Source: Candidatus Moanibacter sp.
GTDB taxonomy: Bacteria; Verrucomicrobiota; Verrucomicrobiia; Opitutales; UBA2987
Direction of reading: 5' to 3'
Assembly (NCBI GenBank): GCA_965215885.1
Contig: CBDCEW010000105.1
Coordinates: 367,549-431,548, forward strand
DNA length: 64,000 nt
Numbering within the stretch: position 1 is the stretch's first letter; each line of letters opens with the position of its first letter. The position numbers and the translations under genes are program-made. The notes under the pieces are model-generated. The model had not been told where the DNA came from. It made no database searches and saw nothing but the letters and a program-made list of their open reading frames with translations. Of the stretch, positions 34,401 to 44,742 are shown piece after piece.

Positions 34401-35149
34401 CGGAAGAGGACGATCGTGGGGAACCGGACGAAGCCGACTTGAAAGGGCTGGAAAACACGAGGTGGGAGGATGTATCTAAGGAAGTCGAGGCGCTGCGTGA
34501 GCGAATTAGCTCGATGGGCCCCGTAAATCTCATTGCAATCCAGGAATACAAGGAATTGAAGGAGCGGCATGAATTTCTCAACGCGCAAAGCGATGATTTG
34601 TGGAATTCGAAGGAACAGCTATTGTCCGCCATCGATGAGATTAACCGCACCTCCGAGCAGCTTTTTAAGGATACCTTTGACCAGGTAAGAAAGAATTTCG
34701 CCTATACATTCGATACTCTTTTCGGTGGTGGGATATCCGATCTTGTGCTTATCGATAGCGAAGACGTTCTGGAGTCCGGGATCGATATCATCGCGCGACC
34801 TCCGGGCACACGTCTGAAAAATTTGGCGCTTCTAAGTGGAGGCCAGAAAACCATGACCGCGGTGGCCCTCTTGTTCGCGATCTATATGGTCAAGCCCAGC
34901 CCGTTTTGCATGCTCGATGAACTTGATGCTCCTTTGGATGATGCCAATATTGGACGGTTCGTGAAGATGCTGCTGCAATTTACGAAATACTCCCAATTTG
35001 TCATTATAACACATAATAAACGCACAATAGCATCTTCCACCTCGATCTTTGGTGTCACTATGCAGGAGAAAGGTGTATCCAAAATGGTTTCCATGCGCTT
35101 CAACAGGGCCTCTGGAAAACCGGAAGAGTTGGCCGAAGTCCCTGGCTAG
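31439..35149 (+). CDS. smc: Chromosome segregation protein SMC
   Basis: GFKSFAD, GPNGCGKSN, coiled coils with a hinge, LSGGQK, LDELDAPLD, ITHN. Confidence 0.97.
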   Translation: MYLKNLRINGFKSFADATQIALEPGVTTVVGPNGCGKSNIADAIRWVLGEQSAKSLRAGLMQDVIFQGAETRKPVNLCEVSLLFSDCESELGTAYNEVEITRRVSRDGASDYFLNGKSCRLKDINSLFLDTGVGRVSYSFMVQGQIDQILSTNPAERRTIFEEAAGISKYKAQRREALNKLNLVDTNLARVTDVMEELSRQIGSLRRQAGKALRFQRIKKRLTHLDLALNASKFSELSETVDSVEEEAVTLRKQSVALTKVLIGREEGLNAKREDRSVLYESLRSSQQTVFDLRSEKEQAENKAEFSEIRGRDLSERIADLKVEISVFGKQKDTLVEQAEGDSRDKEKQLSVVGNSDDVYKERSEQLDVVQRKISEAASEIQQQRQDILVTESKVTRLRSECTTLEIDQKTYQVRHSKISEEIFVSKNDCIELEKGLKAIQEALKTRLKDKEKEEAGLEKLQKDLGTLKEEFRSLQTEILEVDRKLAQETAQLSILEELKEKLEGFSDGAKAILRGELKETLEKDSFRVLTKNLLIESGYTKAMIGLLGSAVDAIILDDPGRVISVTDQLEARKLGRACLQVEAPPRTFSSRKDHPESLRRAEDVVGTNEPKLERFLSNLLSDCYFCETLADFLEFWRENPTFEFLFVATRNGELVDRRGLIYSGHKRGESGTYLERESEIKTLRRNSADNEQKLTNLRKKDDKLLVRLDKAENDLEVKRKTILEIAQELSTARGQELVAKENLEQDKRRMAEGEKELSALEKSKEKSEKSLTDSQGQLQDAESELEQYKLGVGEIEKKLEKFREEREINRDKVSDVRIELAEKRQQLETIDRGLGEIERQTAELDQLILKRNQEVDTLHEQIEGLEEESKEQKNRAAEIEKTLKVTSETLERDRTRLLDTEREIKELEESLATQREEHHNVESELNRHEVQLARQSSELNFLIEEVRREYDVDLRSIDWKRELWLAGDRLVERVKLDMDSESAFEEAEEDDRGEPDEADLKGLENTRWEDVSKEVEALRERISSMGPVNLIAIQEYKELKERHEFLNAQSDDLWNSKEQLLSAIDEINRTSEQLFKDTFDQVRKNFAYTFDTLFGGGISDLVLIDSEDVLESGIDIIARPPGTRLKNLALLSGGQKTMTAVALLFAIYMVKPSPFCMLDELDAPLDDANIGRFVKMLLQFTKYSQFVIITHNKRTIASSTSIFGVTMQEKGVSKMVSMRFNRASGKPEELAEVPG

Positions 35150-35300
35150 GAATCTGTCGGACTCTGACCGTGTTTAGCGAGATTGCTTATGGTCTTAGAG
35201 TTCTTGCAGATTTATTCGCTGTTCGGGGTCCCCTTGCTTCGAGCATCGAACTAAGGCATTCGCCGTCACGCTAAACACGGTCAGAGTCCGACAGATTCCT
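35146..35300. mobile_element. MITE with a ~32-bp perfect IR combining two end types
   Basis: aggaatctgtcggactctgaccgtgtttagcg ... cgctaaacacggtcagagtccgacagattcct; the left CTAG contains the smc stop. Confidence 0.8.
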
Positions 35301-35303
35301 TGG

Positions 35304-35474
35304 AAGAAAATGAACCTGAGATTTGAGACATATTGTCATATCTATTGCGTATTCGACCACGAATCTAATGATGCAATATTGTGAATTTGGGGTTGATCAT
35401 ATCAAAGTGGCTTGTAGCAAAACCGGTGTGCAATGATTCGTCCTCTTATCCACAAATCTCAGGTTCATTTTCTT
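35304..35474. mobile_element. MITE-like element with a 22-bp perfect IR
   Basis: aagaaaatgaacctgagatttg (35304-35325) / caaatctcaggttcattttctt (35453-35474). Confidence 0.7.
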
Positions 35475-35478
35475 GTTT

Positions 35479-35546
35479 CTAGCAACCTGTCGGAAGGAAA
35501 CCGAGTAACTCTTCCGAAAGAGGCATAAAGTCCGACAGGCTGCTAG
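35479..35546. repeat. 68-bp CTAG-bounded hairpin element
   Basis: Near-identical to 15201-15268. Confidence 0.8.
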
Positions 35547-35604
35547 CCCTTCAGTCTCCAGTACGGTAGCCGACTTATCATATTGAAGAGAAGCGAGTCG
35601 CGTC

Positions 35605-38154
35605 ATGCTGGCTTCGAATGGCTATTATTCGAAGGGAGCAGGATTACTCCGCGAGATGCCTGAAAAGATAAAGGAGTGGCGTAGCTACTTTTCCCGAAAG
35701 AACCCAGGTTCCTACGGCAGGGATACGAATATAACAGTGAGTGAATCGACTTTCAGTAGCTCTTGCTCCGCGCTGGCGAGCGAGGTGAAATCCCTTAGAG
35801 AGAACGAGCTTCGTTTTAGATTAGCGTTCGAAGGTGGAGATTTGGGACTTTGGGATTGGGACATTCCATCCGGGAAAGTGATTTTCAACCAACGATGGGT
35901 GGATCACCTCGGTTACGATTTCGACGAGATTATCGCCAGCATCAAGGGTTGGGAAAGTCTCGTTCATCCGGATGATGTCAAGTCAGTACTGGAAGTTCTG
36001 ACTCGTCACCTCGAGGGTAAGAGACCCTTCTATGAGTCTGAACACCGCATGTTGTCCAAGTTCGGGGAGTGGAAGTGGTTTCACGAGAGGGGAAAGGTTG
36101 TGGAAAAAGACCGGGAAGGGAATCCTGTCCGCGTCGCCGGCACTCACCGGGATATTACAGGTCGCAAGGAAATGGAGGAGTCAATGCGTCGGCTTTCCCT
36201 CGTCGCCAGCAGGACAAATACCGGCGTTATTATCGCGGATGCCGAAGGTCGAGTGGAATGGGTAAATTACGCGTTCGAGAAAATCTCCGGTTACGAACTC
36301 TTTGATCTCCAGGGCAAGGCGCCCGGGGAGTTACTTGAGGGCTCCGAAAGTGACCACACTGCTATCGAACAAATTGTAAGTGCCGTTAACGAGGGTAGAG
36401 AATTCCATGCTGAAGTTCTCAATAGTCACAAGTCCGGAAGGGCCTATTGGATGGATATCGATGCCACTCCAATATTTGATCATCGAGGAAACCTGATCCA
36501 GTTTATACTCATCGTAATCGATATCACGGAACGCAAGGAAGCGGAATCGGCCATGCTCAAGGCGAAGGAAGCGGCCGAGGCGGCTAATCGGGCGAAGAGC
36601 GATTTCTTAGCTAATATGAGCCATGAGATTCGAACCCCCATGAATGGCGTTGTCGGAATGACCAGTCTCCTTCTGGATACTTCCTTGTCGGATGAGCAAC
36701 GGGACTTCGTCGAGACTATTCGAACAAGCAACGAAGCTCTCCTGAACATCATCAACGATATCCTCGATTTCTCAAAAATCGAGTCCGGGAAACTCGATCT
36801 GGAAAGGGTCCCCTTTGGCCTGACTATCTGCATCGAAGAGACGCTGGAACTCTTTACCGCCAAAGCGGCTGAGAAGAATCTGGAGTTGCTCTACCTGATC
36901 GACAGTCAAGTTCCCGATAATCTGATCGGAGATCCAACTCGCCTGAGACAGATTCTCGTGAACCTCGTTGGAAATGCCCTCAAATTTACTGATGAGGGGG
37001 AGATTTTTGTGACAGTCGCTTCCCAGTCGCGTGGCGACAGTGCGGCAGCTTTGAAGTTTTCCGTGCGCGATACAGGTATCGGGATACCAGAGGATCGGCA
37101 GACCAGCCTGTTTGACTCTTTTACACAGGTCGATTCGTCGACGACGCGGCGCTATGGCGGGACCGGATTGGGTCTGGCTATCTGCAAACGCCTGTGCGAG
37201 ATGATGAATGGCGAGATTGGGGTGAAAAGCGAGCCGGGAAAAGGTTCAGAATTTCTCTTTAGGTTGACATTGGACGTCGACGAGGGCCGATCGCCCGCGA
37301 CCCTAGTCGAAAACGTTCTCAAAGGGAAGCGTGCTCTTATCGTGGACGACAATCGGGCAAATCGTCGCATTCTGTCCCATCTTGTTGAAAAGTGGGGAAT
37401 GGTGGCTGTCGAAGCTGCGTCCGGTGCGGAGGCATTGAGTCTATTCTCAGATGATGAGACCCTTGCCGTCGTGATCCTCGACTACCACATGCCGGAGATG
37501 GATGGGGTAACTGTGGCGGAGAAGATCAGGAAGTCATCAAGGGGGCGCGAACTGCCTATCGTAATGTTGGCGTCGATTGTCGATCTGAAAGTACTCGAGA
37601 ATCGAGACCCTCTCAACTTCTCCGCATTTATCACAAAGCCTATCAAGCAGCTCATCTTGAGAGATACTCTTAAGCGAATTTTTCTGCCCGCGGATGTCTC
37701 ATTGCGGTCCTTACGAAATTCCGCTTCACCATTTGCAGAGTTTGAGGCTCCGCAAAGACCTGTTCGAATACTTCTCGCTGAAGACAATCCGGTAAATCAG
37801 AAAGTGACTCTCTTGCTGCTGAAGCGGCTCGGCTATCGGGTCGATCTTGCTGCCGATGGTGTGGAGGCTGTTCACGCCCTCCGACGCGAGCCCTACGAGG
37901 TTGTTCTCATGGATATGCAGATGCCGGAAATGGACGGGATAGCGGCAACAGAGGAGATTCGTCGCCTGCTCCCCGAAAAAGCTCAACCGCATATCATTGC
38001 TCTCACGGCTAACGCCACTGTAGAAGATCGAAAGGCATGTGAGAGAGCCGGGATGAATGCATATATCAGCAAACCCATCCGCATCGAGACATTGGCTAAC
38101 GCGCTGAAACAGGTTCAGGCCGAGAAGGTTGGGAGAATTGCTTATCCCGATTAG
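35605..38154 (+). CDS. Cytoplasmic hybrid sensor histidine kinase (2 PAS, HisKA, HATPase, 2 receiver domains)
   Basis: GLWDWD...VHPDD PAS/PAC, FLANMSHEIRTPMNG, GDPTRLRQIL.NLVGNA.KFT, GGTGLGL, two REC domains; start codon uncertain. Confidence 0.93.
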   Translation: MLASNGYYSKGAGLLREMPEKIKEWRSYFSRKNPGSYGRDTNITVSESTFSSSCSALASEVKSLRENELRFRLAFEGGDLGLWDWDIPSGKVIFNQRWVDHLGYDFDEIIASIKGWESLVHPDDVKSVLEVLTRHLEGKRPFYESEHRMLSKFGEWKWFHERGKVVEKDREGNPVRVAGTHRDITGRKEMEESMRRLSLVASRTNTGVIIADAEGRVEWVNYAFEKISGYELFDLQGKAPGELLEGSESDHTAIEQIVSAVNEGREFHAEVLNSHKSGRAYWMDIDATPIFDHRGNLIQFILIVIDITERKEAESAMLKAKEAAEAANRAKSDFLANMSHEIRTPMNGVVGMTSLLLDTSLSDEQRDFVETIRTSNEALLNIINDILDFSKIESGKLDLERVPFGLTICIEETLELFTAKAAEKNLELLYLIDSQVPDNLIGDPTRLRQILVNLVGNALKFTDEGEIFVTVASQSRGDSAAALKFSVRDTGIGIPEDRQTSLFDSFTQVDSSTTRRYGGTGLGLAICKRLCEMMNGEIGVKSEPGKGSEFLFRLTLDVDEGRSPATLVENVLKGKRALIVDDNRANRRILSHLVEKWGMVAVEAASGAEALSLFSDDETLAVVILDYHMPEMDGVTVAEKIRKSSRGRELPIVMLASIVDLKVLENRDPLNFSAFITKPIKQLILRDTLKRIFLPADVSLRSLRNSASPFAEFEAPQRPVRILLAEDNPVNQKVTLLLLKRLGYRVDLAADGVEAVHALRREPYEVVLMDMQMPEMDGIAATEEIRRLLPEKAQPHIIALTANATVEDRKACERAGMNAYISKPIRIETLANALKQVQAEKVGRIAYPD

Positions 38155-38175
38155 TCTGAAACTTTAAGGTTCATG

Positions 38176-38195
38176 CCCTTCGACTGGCTCAGGGT
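38176..38195. repeat. CCCTTCGAC...GCTCAGGG short REP-like repeat
   Basis: cccttcgactggctcagggt; second copy cccttcgactccgctcagggc at ~58104-58124. Confidence 0.55.
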
Positions 38196-38247
38196 TTTCA
38201 ACGGGGTTGCGGGCTGTTCGTCCTCGTTCTTGAATATTCGCGAAGAT

Positions 38248-38312
38248 CGAAAAGCTTCCGCTTTCCGCTACACACTTCGATTCGGAATGTAGCGGAAAGC
38301 GGAAGCTTTTCG
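38248..38312. repeat. GTAG-type REP doublet hairpin
   Basis: cgaaaagcttccgctttccgctac...gtagcggaaagcggaagcttttcg; second copy at 49819-49888. Confidence 0.8.
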
Positions 38313-38509
38313 TCCTGCAACTGCTTCAAGTTTCAACCCTGGTCGATCCGGCAAACCATAACGCGCCTGCGGCCGTACTGGCTTGGAAATTGCCCCTCCC
38401 GTCACATTGGATTAATGACGCCCGGGCAAAAGGAGATTTTCGAGTGGATTTTCTGTTCGGAGAGGAGAGAGTCGGAAGGACACTCGAGGAACATGAATTC
38501 GACAGTAAG

Positions 38510-39091
38510 ATGGCAAAATTATATTTTTACTACTCTTCCATGAACGCCGGAAAGTCGACTACACTCCTGCAGTCGAGTTTCAACTACCGGGAGCGGGGGA
38601 TGAATACCGTAATATTCACCCCTGATGTTGATGATCGTTATGGCGTCGCTGAGATTGTCTCCAGAATTGGTCTTCAAGCCGGCGCGCGGAGTTTCTCCGA
38701 TTCGGATAATTTGATAACCATCGTTACGGAGGCGCTTCAGCACAAACGGCTTCACTGTGTCCTCGTCGACGAAGCTCACTTCGTAAAGAAACACCACGTC
38801 TTTGAGATGGGAGAAATCGCCGATAAACTCGGCATCCCGGTTTTAGCTTACGGATTACGGACTGATTTTCGAGGGGAGTTGTTTGAGGGGAGCCAGTACC
38901 TGCTCGCCTGGGCGGATAACCTCATCGAGCTCAAATCCATCTGCCAGTGCGGGGCGAAAGCGACCATGGTTATTCGAATAGATGAAGACGGAAAGACAGT
39001 CAAAGAAGGGGCCCAGATTGAGGTCGGCGGTAACGATCGCTACGTATCGATGTGCCGGAAATGCTATAGGGAAAAGTTCTTTGAATCTTAA
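38510..39091 (+). CDS. tdk: Thymidine kinase
   Basis: MAKLYFYYSSMNAGKST.LLQ, VDEAHF, YGLRTDFRG.LF.GS, C.CG, GGNDRY...CRKC. Confidence 0.96.
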   Translation: MAKLYFYYSSMNAGKSTTLLQSSFNYRERGMNTVIFTPDVDDRYGVAEIVSRIGLQAGARSFSDSDNLITIVTEALQHKRLHCVLVDEAHFVKKHHVFEMGEIADKLGIPVLAYGLRTDFRGELFEGSQYLLAWADNLIELKSICQCGAKATMVIRIDEDGKTVKEGAQIEVGGNDRYVSMCRKCYREKFFES

Positions 39092-39482
39092 CCACGGATT
39101 ACATGCCATAAGGCATTGATGCTAAACTCGATAGAAGAGAGACCACGGATTTCACGGATGGACACGGATAAGAAAAACCATCCGAAGCATTGGCAATGTT
39201 TCGCCAAAGCCTTGTGACGGCAAAACTCTAAAAAGGAAGGCATCGAGTCGAAGGTTCGCACGTTTCTGCAGCCGCCCTTTCCCACAATCTAAACTCCCAT
39301 CCGTGTCCATCAGCTGAAATCCGCGGTTTCTCTTCCTCTTCGCGCACTTTTGGTTGCGGCTTCGCTGCTCCAGGAAATCCGTGGTTACTCTTCCCTCCTC
39401 GAGTTGCTTTGGTTGCGGCTTCGCTGCGCTAGTTCATCCGTGGTCAATTCATATCCGTTGCTTTCTGGCTGCGTTGTGCGCC
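39091..39482. repeat. Cluster of ACCACGGAT/ATCCGTGG and TTGGTTGCGGCTTCGCTGC degenerate repeats
   Basis: accacggatttcacggatggacacggat is inverted by atccgtgtccatcagctgaaatccgcggt; three ~55-60-bp degenerate units follow. Confidence 0.65.
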
Positions 39483-39495
39483 TGGCTCTCGTCTC

Positions 39496-42400
39496 TCACT
39501 TGGCTTGCAAAATCGCCGAAGGTACTACCTCTTCCGCAAATTTCTCTGATTCCTGCCGTCGAAACCTCGCTACGAGGTCATCGAATAGCGTGTAGACAAC
39601 CGGAACTACGAAAAGGGTCAGCAAGGTCGCAGTAGCCAATCCACCGACCGCGACGATTCCGAGGGGCCGCCTGCTCTCCGCACCGGCTCCAAATCCGATG
39701 GCGATGGGAAGAATTCCCGCGATCGTAGAAAAGCTGGTCATGAGGATCGGTCGCAGCCGTATCAGGCCCGCGGAAATGATTGCTTCGCGAGAATCTCTTC
39801 CTTTTGCCATCTGCTGATTGGCGAATTCCACCAGGAGAATCGCGTTTTTCGTTGCGAGGGCGATCAGAAGAATGAATCCAATCTGGCTGAAAAGGTTGAT
39901 ATTCATCGAAGGTATCCTCGGCACTATTTTAGAGAGAAAATTCATCCATGGGGTAGGGTCCGTTCCGAAGTTCACCATATTATAAAGAATGGTTCCGAAG
40001 AGGTTGACGTAATTGAGAAGCCAGAGTGCGCCAAATGCGCCAATCGCCGCCAGAGGAATTGTCATCATAACGGTGAGTGGGTGGACGAGGCTTTCAAACT
40101 GTGACGCGAGAACCATGTAAACGACGATGAGGGCAATGACTATGACAAAATAGATGTCTCTTCCCGATTCGCGGAGACCCTCCGCCTGACCCGCCCACTC
40201 GTAGCGAAAGCCGGATGGGAGAGTCTCCTGGATGATTGTTTCGGTCTTCTCCATAATCGTGCCCAGGGGCATATTCACAGGTGTTCCGGATATAGTCATG
40301 GAACGATAACGGTTGTAATGGTAAATGGAATTCGGACCTCCCTTCGTTTCCAGGCTCACGATATTGCTCAATTGAGTGAGTTGACCGACGTTATTGCGAA
40401 CATAGAGGCGTTCCACGGCCGACGGCGTGAGGCGCGATTCGCGGTCCAGTTGGACGATGACGTCGTACTCTTTTCCGGCCCTCTTTATCTTACTCAGATC
40501 CAGTCCACCAAAAAGGATCTGCAGGGTCTGAGAGATCTCTTCAATCGATACTCCCAGAGAGGCGGCGCGATCGCGCGCAATATTGATATGAAGCTCCGGC
40601 TTATTCAGCTCGAAGTTCGGCCGCAGATTGGCCAGGAATCCTTCCTCTCGAAATCGATTTGTGATTTCCTGGCCTACGCGATGCAATTCATCGAAATCCT
40701 GATGTTGGAGGACGAGCTGAAAGGGTTGCCCAAAGCCGCCTCCGATTGCTCTGGGAATGTTTGGGAAAGCGATGGCGCCCTCCACTTCATTGAAGAATCG
40801 TGCGCCCACTCCGAAGGGGCCGTTAACGATATCCTACACGGATCGATCCCTTTCATCGGCAAAGTCGACAAACATGATACCCAGGTTGGAGAGCCCGGGT
40901 CCGCCCCAAGGCATTGCAACGGCCGAAAAGTAACCCGACACCTCCGGATACTCGCTTATGATCCCCTCCATCTGACGAACCATACGGTCCGTGTATTCGC
41001 TCGTAGCCCCTTCCGGTGCGAAAGCCATGCAGAAGAGTGTCCCTTTGTCTTCTTCGGGGAGGAAGTCGCGTTCCAATTGTTGGTAGAGAGTGTAACTCAG
41101 GCCCACCGTTGATAGACACAGAACCACTATTGCGAAGCGGTGGTGCAATGCCCCCCGAAGGAGACGTTCGTATCCTGAACTGGTCTTCCGGAGGAGCCTT
41201 TCAAAGAAACTGGATACCTCTCCTTGTCTCGTGCGGGCGGTTTGTTTGAGGAGCCTTGAGGCGACCATCGGGGTGAGCTGAGCGACAGGGCAATAAATGA
41301 GGAGATAATAACAGAGCCGGCTAAGGCGATCGCGAATTCGATAAAAAGACGGCCCGTGAGGGAAGTCTGCAGTGCCATGGGCAGAAAAACCGCCACCAAT
41401 GCCAGGGTTGTCGCAATGACCGCAAACACTATCTCTCGCATCCCCTGGATTGCGGCGGCAATCGGACGCATTCCGTTTTCGATGTGACGGTATATGTTCT
41501 CCAGGACGACAATCGAATCATCGACCACTACGCCTATCGTGAGTACAAGGGCCATCATCGTCACAATGTTGATCGAGAAATCGAGGAGGGAGAGGAGAGC
41601 AAATGTGCCGACAATCGCGACCGGTATGCTGATGGCTGGAATAAACGTGGCGCGAAGGTTGCGAAGAAAGACGAAGATCGTAAATATCACGAGGAGGAAG
41701 GCGATTCCCAGAGTCATCCAAACTTCCTTTATCGCTTTCCGAATGTAGACGCGCTCGTCATACGCGTAATGATAATCGACTCCTTCCGGGAGCAGCTGCT
41801 CGAGACGCCTCATCTCGGCCTCTATTCCATTGGCGACATCGATGGTATTCGCTTTGGCCTGTTTTATTATACCAATCCCGACGGATGGTTTCGAGGAGTA
41901 GCGGGCCACTGTGCGCTCGTCTTCAACGCCCACTTCGGCACGGCCGATATCCCGCAGGCGCACGAGATTGGTTCCTTTTTCCAGGATTACCATGCGGTCA
42001 AATTCCTCCGGTGATTTAAGTTCGCCCATGGTCTGTATGGCCAACTCTCGCTCGCGGTTCTCCACTTTCCCACTGGGAAGTTCGATATTCTGTCGCCTCA
42101 GGGCATCGCCCACGTCCAGGACAGTGATTCCGCGTGCTGCCATCTTCTCCGAGTCCAGCCAAAGGCGCATTGCGTATCGTTTGTTCCCGCCGAGGATGAC
42201 TGAACTGACTCCCCTTACCGTTTGCAGCGGGTCCTTGAGATTGTTCTCCGCGAAATCCGAGAGCTCGATTGACGAGAAATCCTCGCCGAAGAGCGATACC
42301 CACATGAAGGGGCGGGCATCGCCGTCTTGCTTGGCGATAACCGGTTCCTCGATATCGTCTGGGAGCCGCCCTCGAATGCGGGCCACGCGGTCTCGAACAT

Positions 42401-42719
42401 CCTGTGCCGAGAGGTCGATGTCTCGAGAGAGACTGAATTCCACCGAAATGCTGCTGACCTGCTCACGGCTCGTGCTCGTGATGGTCTTTATCCCTTCTAT
42501 CGTGTTGATCGCCTCTTCCAGTTTCTCCGTAACTTCTGTTTCCACGACCGCCGCGTTTGCTCCTCGAAAGACAGTCAGGATGTTGACGATCGGAGGATCG
42601 ACGTTGGGGAGTTCACGCACCGGTAAACGGCTTAACCCGATGAGCCCAAAGAGGATTAACGCCAGACTCATCATCGATGCCAGAACCGGCCGTTTGATGC
42701 ATATCTCAGGAAGTTTCAT
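39496..42719 (-). pseudogene. AcrB/AcrD/AcrF-family RND permease, disrupted
   Basis: IKRPV, GVVVDDSIVVLENI, KNAILLVEFA, RLRPILMT; broken by a 5-bp duplication (tgagctgagc 41274-41283) and an in-frame TAG (40834-40836). Confidence 0.9.
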
Positions 42720-42727
42720 TCCCAATC

Positions 42728-43819
42728 TTAATTGGCCTCCCCAGCTTCTTTTCCGAGAGGATTGACGGGTGCGCCGGGCCCGAGCTTTTGATGTCCTTCA
42801 GTAATCACTCTGTCTCCGACATTCAGCCCTTCGAGTATTTCGACTTCGCCGTCGAGTCGAAGACCCGCTGTCACCCTGTTCATGTGTGCCGTGTTGTCCT
42901 CTGCAACAGACATTACAAACGATTGGTCAGCCTGCACTATCAGTGCGCTCTCCGGTATGACCATGGCATGTTCTCTGATCTCCAGAAGCAGCGACAGGTT
43001 TCCAAACATACCGGGCTTTAAACGCCTACGCCTATTCTCGACATTGGCTCGTACCAGTACATTGCGGGTGGATTCATCGACCTAAGGCGAGATAAAATAA
43101 ACTTTACCCGTGAAGGATTCATCTGCATAGGCCGCCACCCTGATGTTTATTTCCTGATCGACTTGAAGTACTCCGATAAACCTCTCCGGAACCTGAAAAT
43201 CCGCTTTTATCGAATCGATATTTACTAGAACAGTCAGTATCTGACCCGGTTGGATAAACTGGCCTGGACTAACCCTGCGCAGGCCGATCACCCCGTCAAA
43301 TGGCGCCGCTATAAATGCGTCCTGTAGTTCCCTTTTCCGCAGTTCAAGAGTTGCCGCGCCGGCTTCGTATTCACTAACCGACTGGTCGTAGGACTGCTCC
43401 GAAATAGTATTCGTATCGAGCAGATTTCTACTCCGAGAGCGGTTTGTTTCGGCGAGTCTGAAATTGGCCTCTGCCACGGCCACCCGCGCCATCAACTTGC
43501 TGTCGTCGAGTTCGATAAGGGGCTGGCCCTTCTTCACCCAATCGCCCTCCTGGAAGTAAATACCGCTGATGACTCCATTGATTTCGCTTTCCAGTTCGAC
43601 TTTTTCGTTAGGTGACAGGGAACCCACCAGATCGATATTTTTCGATACGGATTTCTTCTCGACCGGGGCAACAATCACGTTCACAGGGCGCCTCTGTGTC
43701 TGCTCTTCGTCCGGTGCACGATTGCATCCGCTGAAAATGATTTGAAGAAACGCCAGTGCAACAACTGCTCGGATCGGAGATTTTCTTAAGCCTTTACGGC
43801 TCCTAACTGAAAAGTTCAT
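42728..43819 (-). pseudogene. RND periplasmic adaptor (MFP) with an in-frame stop
   Basis: EGDWVKKGQPL, APFDGVIG; reads FISP*VDESTRNVLVRA...LKPGMFG in a single frame across TAG 43082-43084. Confidence 0.9.
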
Positions 43820-44022
43820 TATCTACTCTCTGGAATATCCGCCGTCGCTTTTCAAGCTATGGCGTGACAAGCTGGTAAATGGAACATAGGGAGAGTGAAA
43901 GGACATGTTCATCTTTCATTCCATTTTTCCAGAATTCGATTTCGATCCCGATGGTGTCTCCTGGTAAATAGTCTCGAATAGTTTTGATTGTTAAGGTCAG
44001 TACTAGCGACTAGGATTAGCCA

Positions 44023-44718
44023 ATGGCAACGCGATTTGTAGTGTTCCTCCTTTTCAGTCCACTCTTGCTGCACGGGCAGCTGCAGATTGGAGTGATAACT
44101 TTGTCCGGTGTAAAAGGTAGAGTTGAGATACTCTATGAAGGGCAGGCCCTCCGCGCAAAGAATGGCATGCAGGTGGCGGAAGGAGTGACCGTTCGAACTC
44201 ACCCAAGAGCTCGGGTAATCATGTTGATGGCTAATGGCACTGGAATAATACTTCTGGGTGAATCGCAACTGGTCGTGAATGCGTTTAAGATTCTCCCCTT
44301 TAATCCTTCTTCGCACGACCTTGCCTCCTTGAAATGGGAACCGAGCCTTTCCCACAGCGAGTTGAAGTTGGACTATGGTGAGCTCGTCTGCGAAATTAAG
44401 GTTCTCGACGAAAATTCGAGCTTTGCCATAACCGCGCCTGTCGGCTCATTGCGGCCTCTTCCCAATCGATACCGGTTTAAGACCTCTTTTCTTATCCGAA
44501 TGAGAAAGAGCGTTCCGACGATTGCCGTATGGAAAGGAAAAATCGAACTCGCCACCACCGGTCAAGAGCCACGGGCCGTGCCCGGTGACAGTCACGTTTT
44601 CTTCGATGGGCAAGAGGGACCAGTCGTCGCGCATGGCCTGGAGTGGAGCTATGTGCGCATGTTTGAAGAGCGCCTGAAGCGCATTTACGACAGACAGAAA
44701 AAGGTTCGTTTCAAGTAA
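44023..44718 (+). CDS. Secreted FecR-domain-like protein
   Basis: Signal peptide; V.G.V...G..VRT....V.L...NGT.I.LGE.S.L, L.YGEL, F.I.AP.G pattern. Confidence 0.6.
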   Translation: MATRFVVFLLFSPLLLHGQLQIGVITLSGVKGRVEILYEGQALRAKNGMQVAEGVTVRTHPRARVIMLMANGTGIILLGESQLVVNAFKILPFNPSSHDLASLKWEPSLSHSELKLDYGELVCEIKVLDENSSFAITAPVGSLRPLPNRYRFKTSFLIRMRKSVPTIAVWKGKIELATTGQEPRAVPGDSHVFFDGQEGPVVAHGLEWSYVRMFEERLKRIYDRQKKVRFK

Positions 44719-44742
44719 GGCCGAGGGTTTTTTTGAAGGAAT

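Noticed and set aside
39300..39482. CRISPR array
   Set aside because: Units are degenerate, the 'spacers' resemble each other, and no cas genes are present
40834..43084. TAG-to-Gln recoding suggested by two in-frame TAGs at likely Gln positions
   Set aside because: TAG is the real stop of leuC, the exbD-like gene, sucC, rph and smc, and the same operon also has a frameshift; nonsense mutation is simpler
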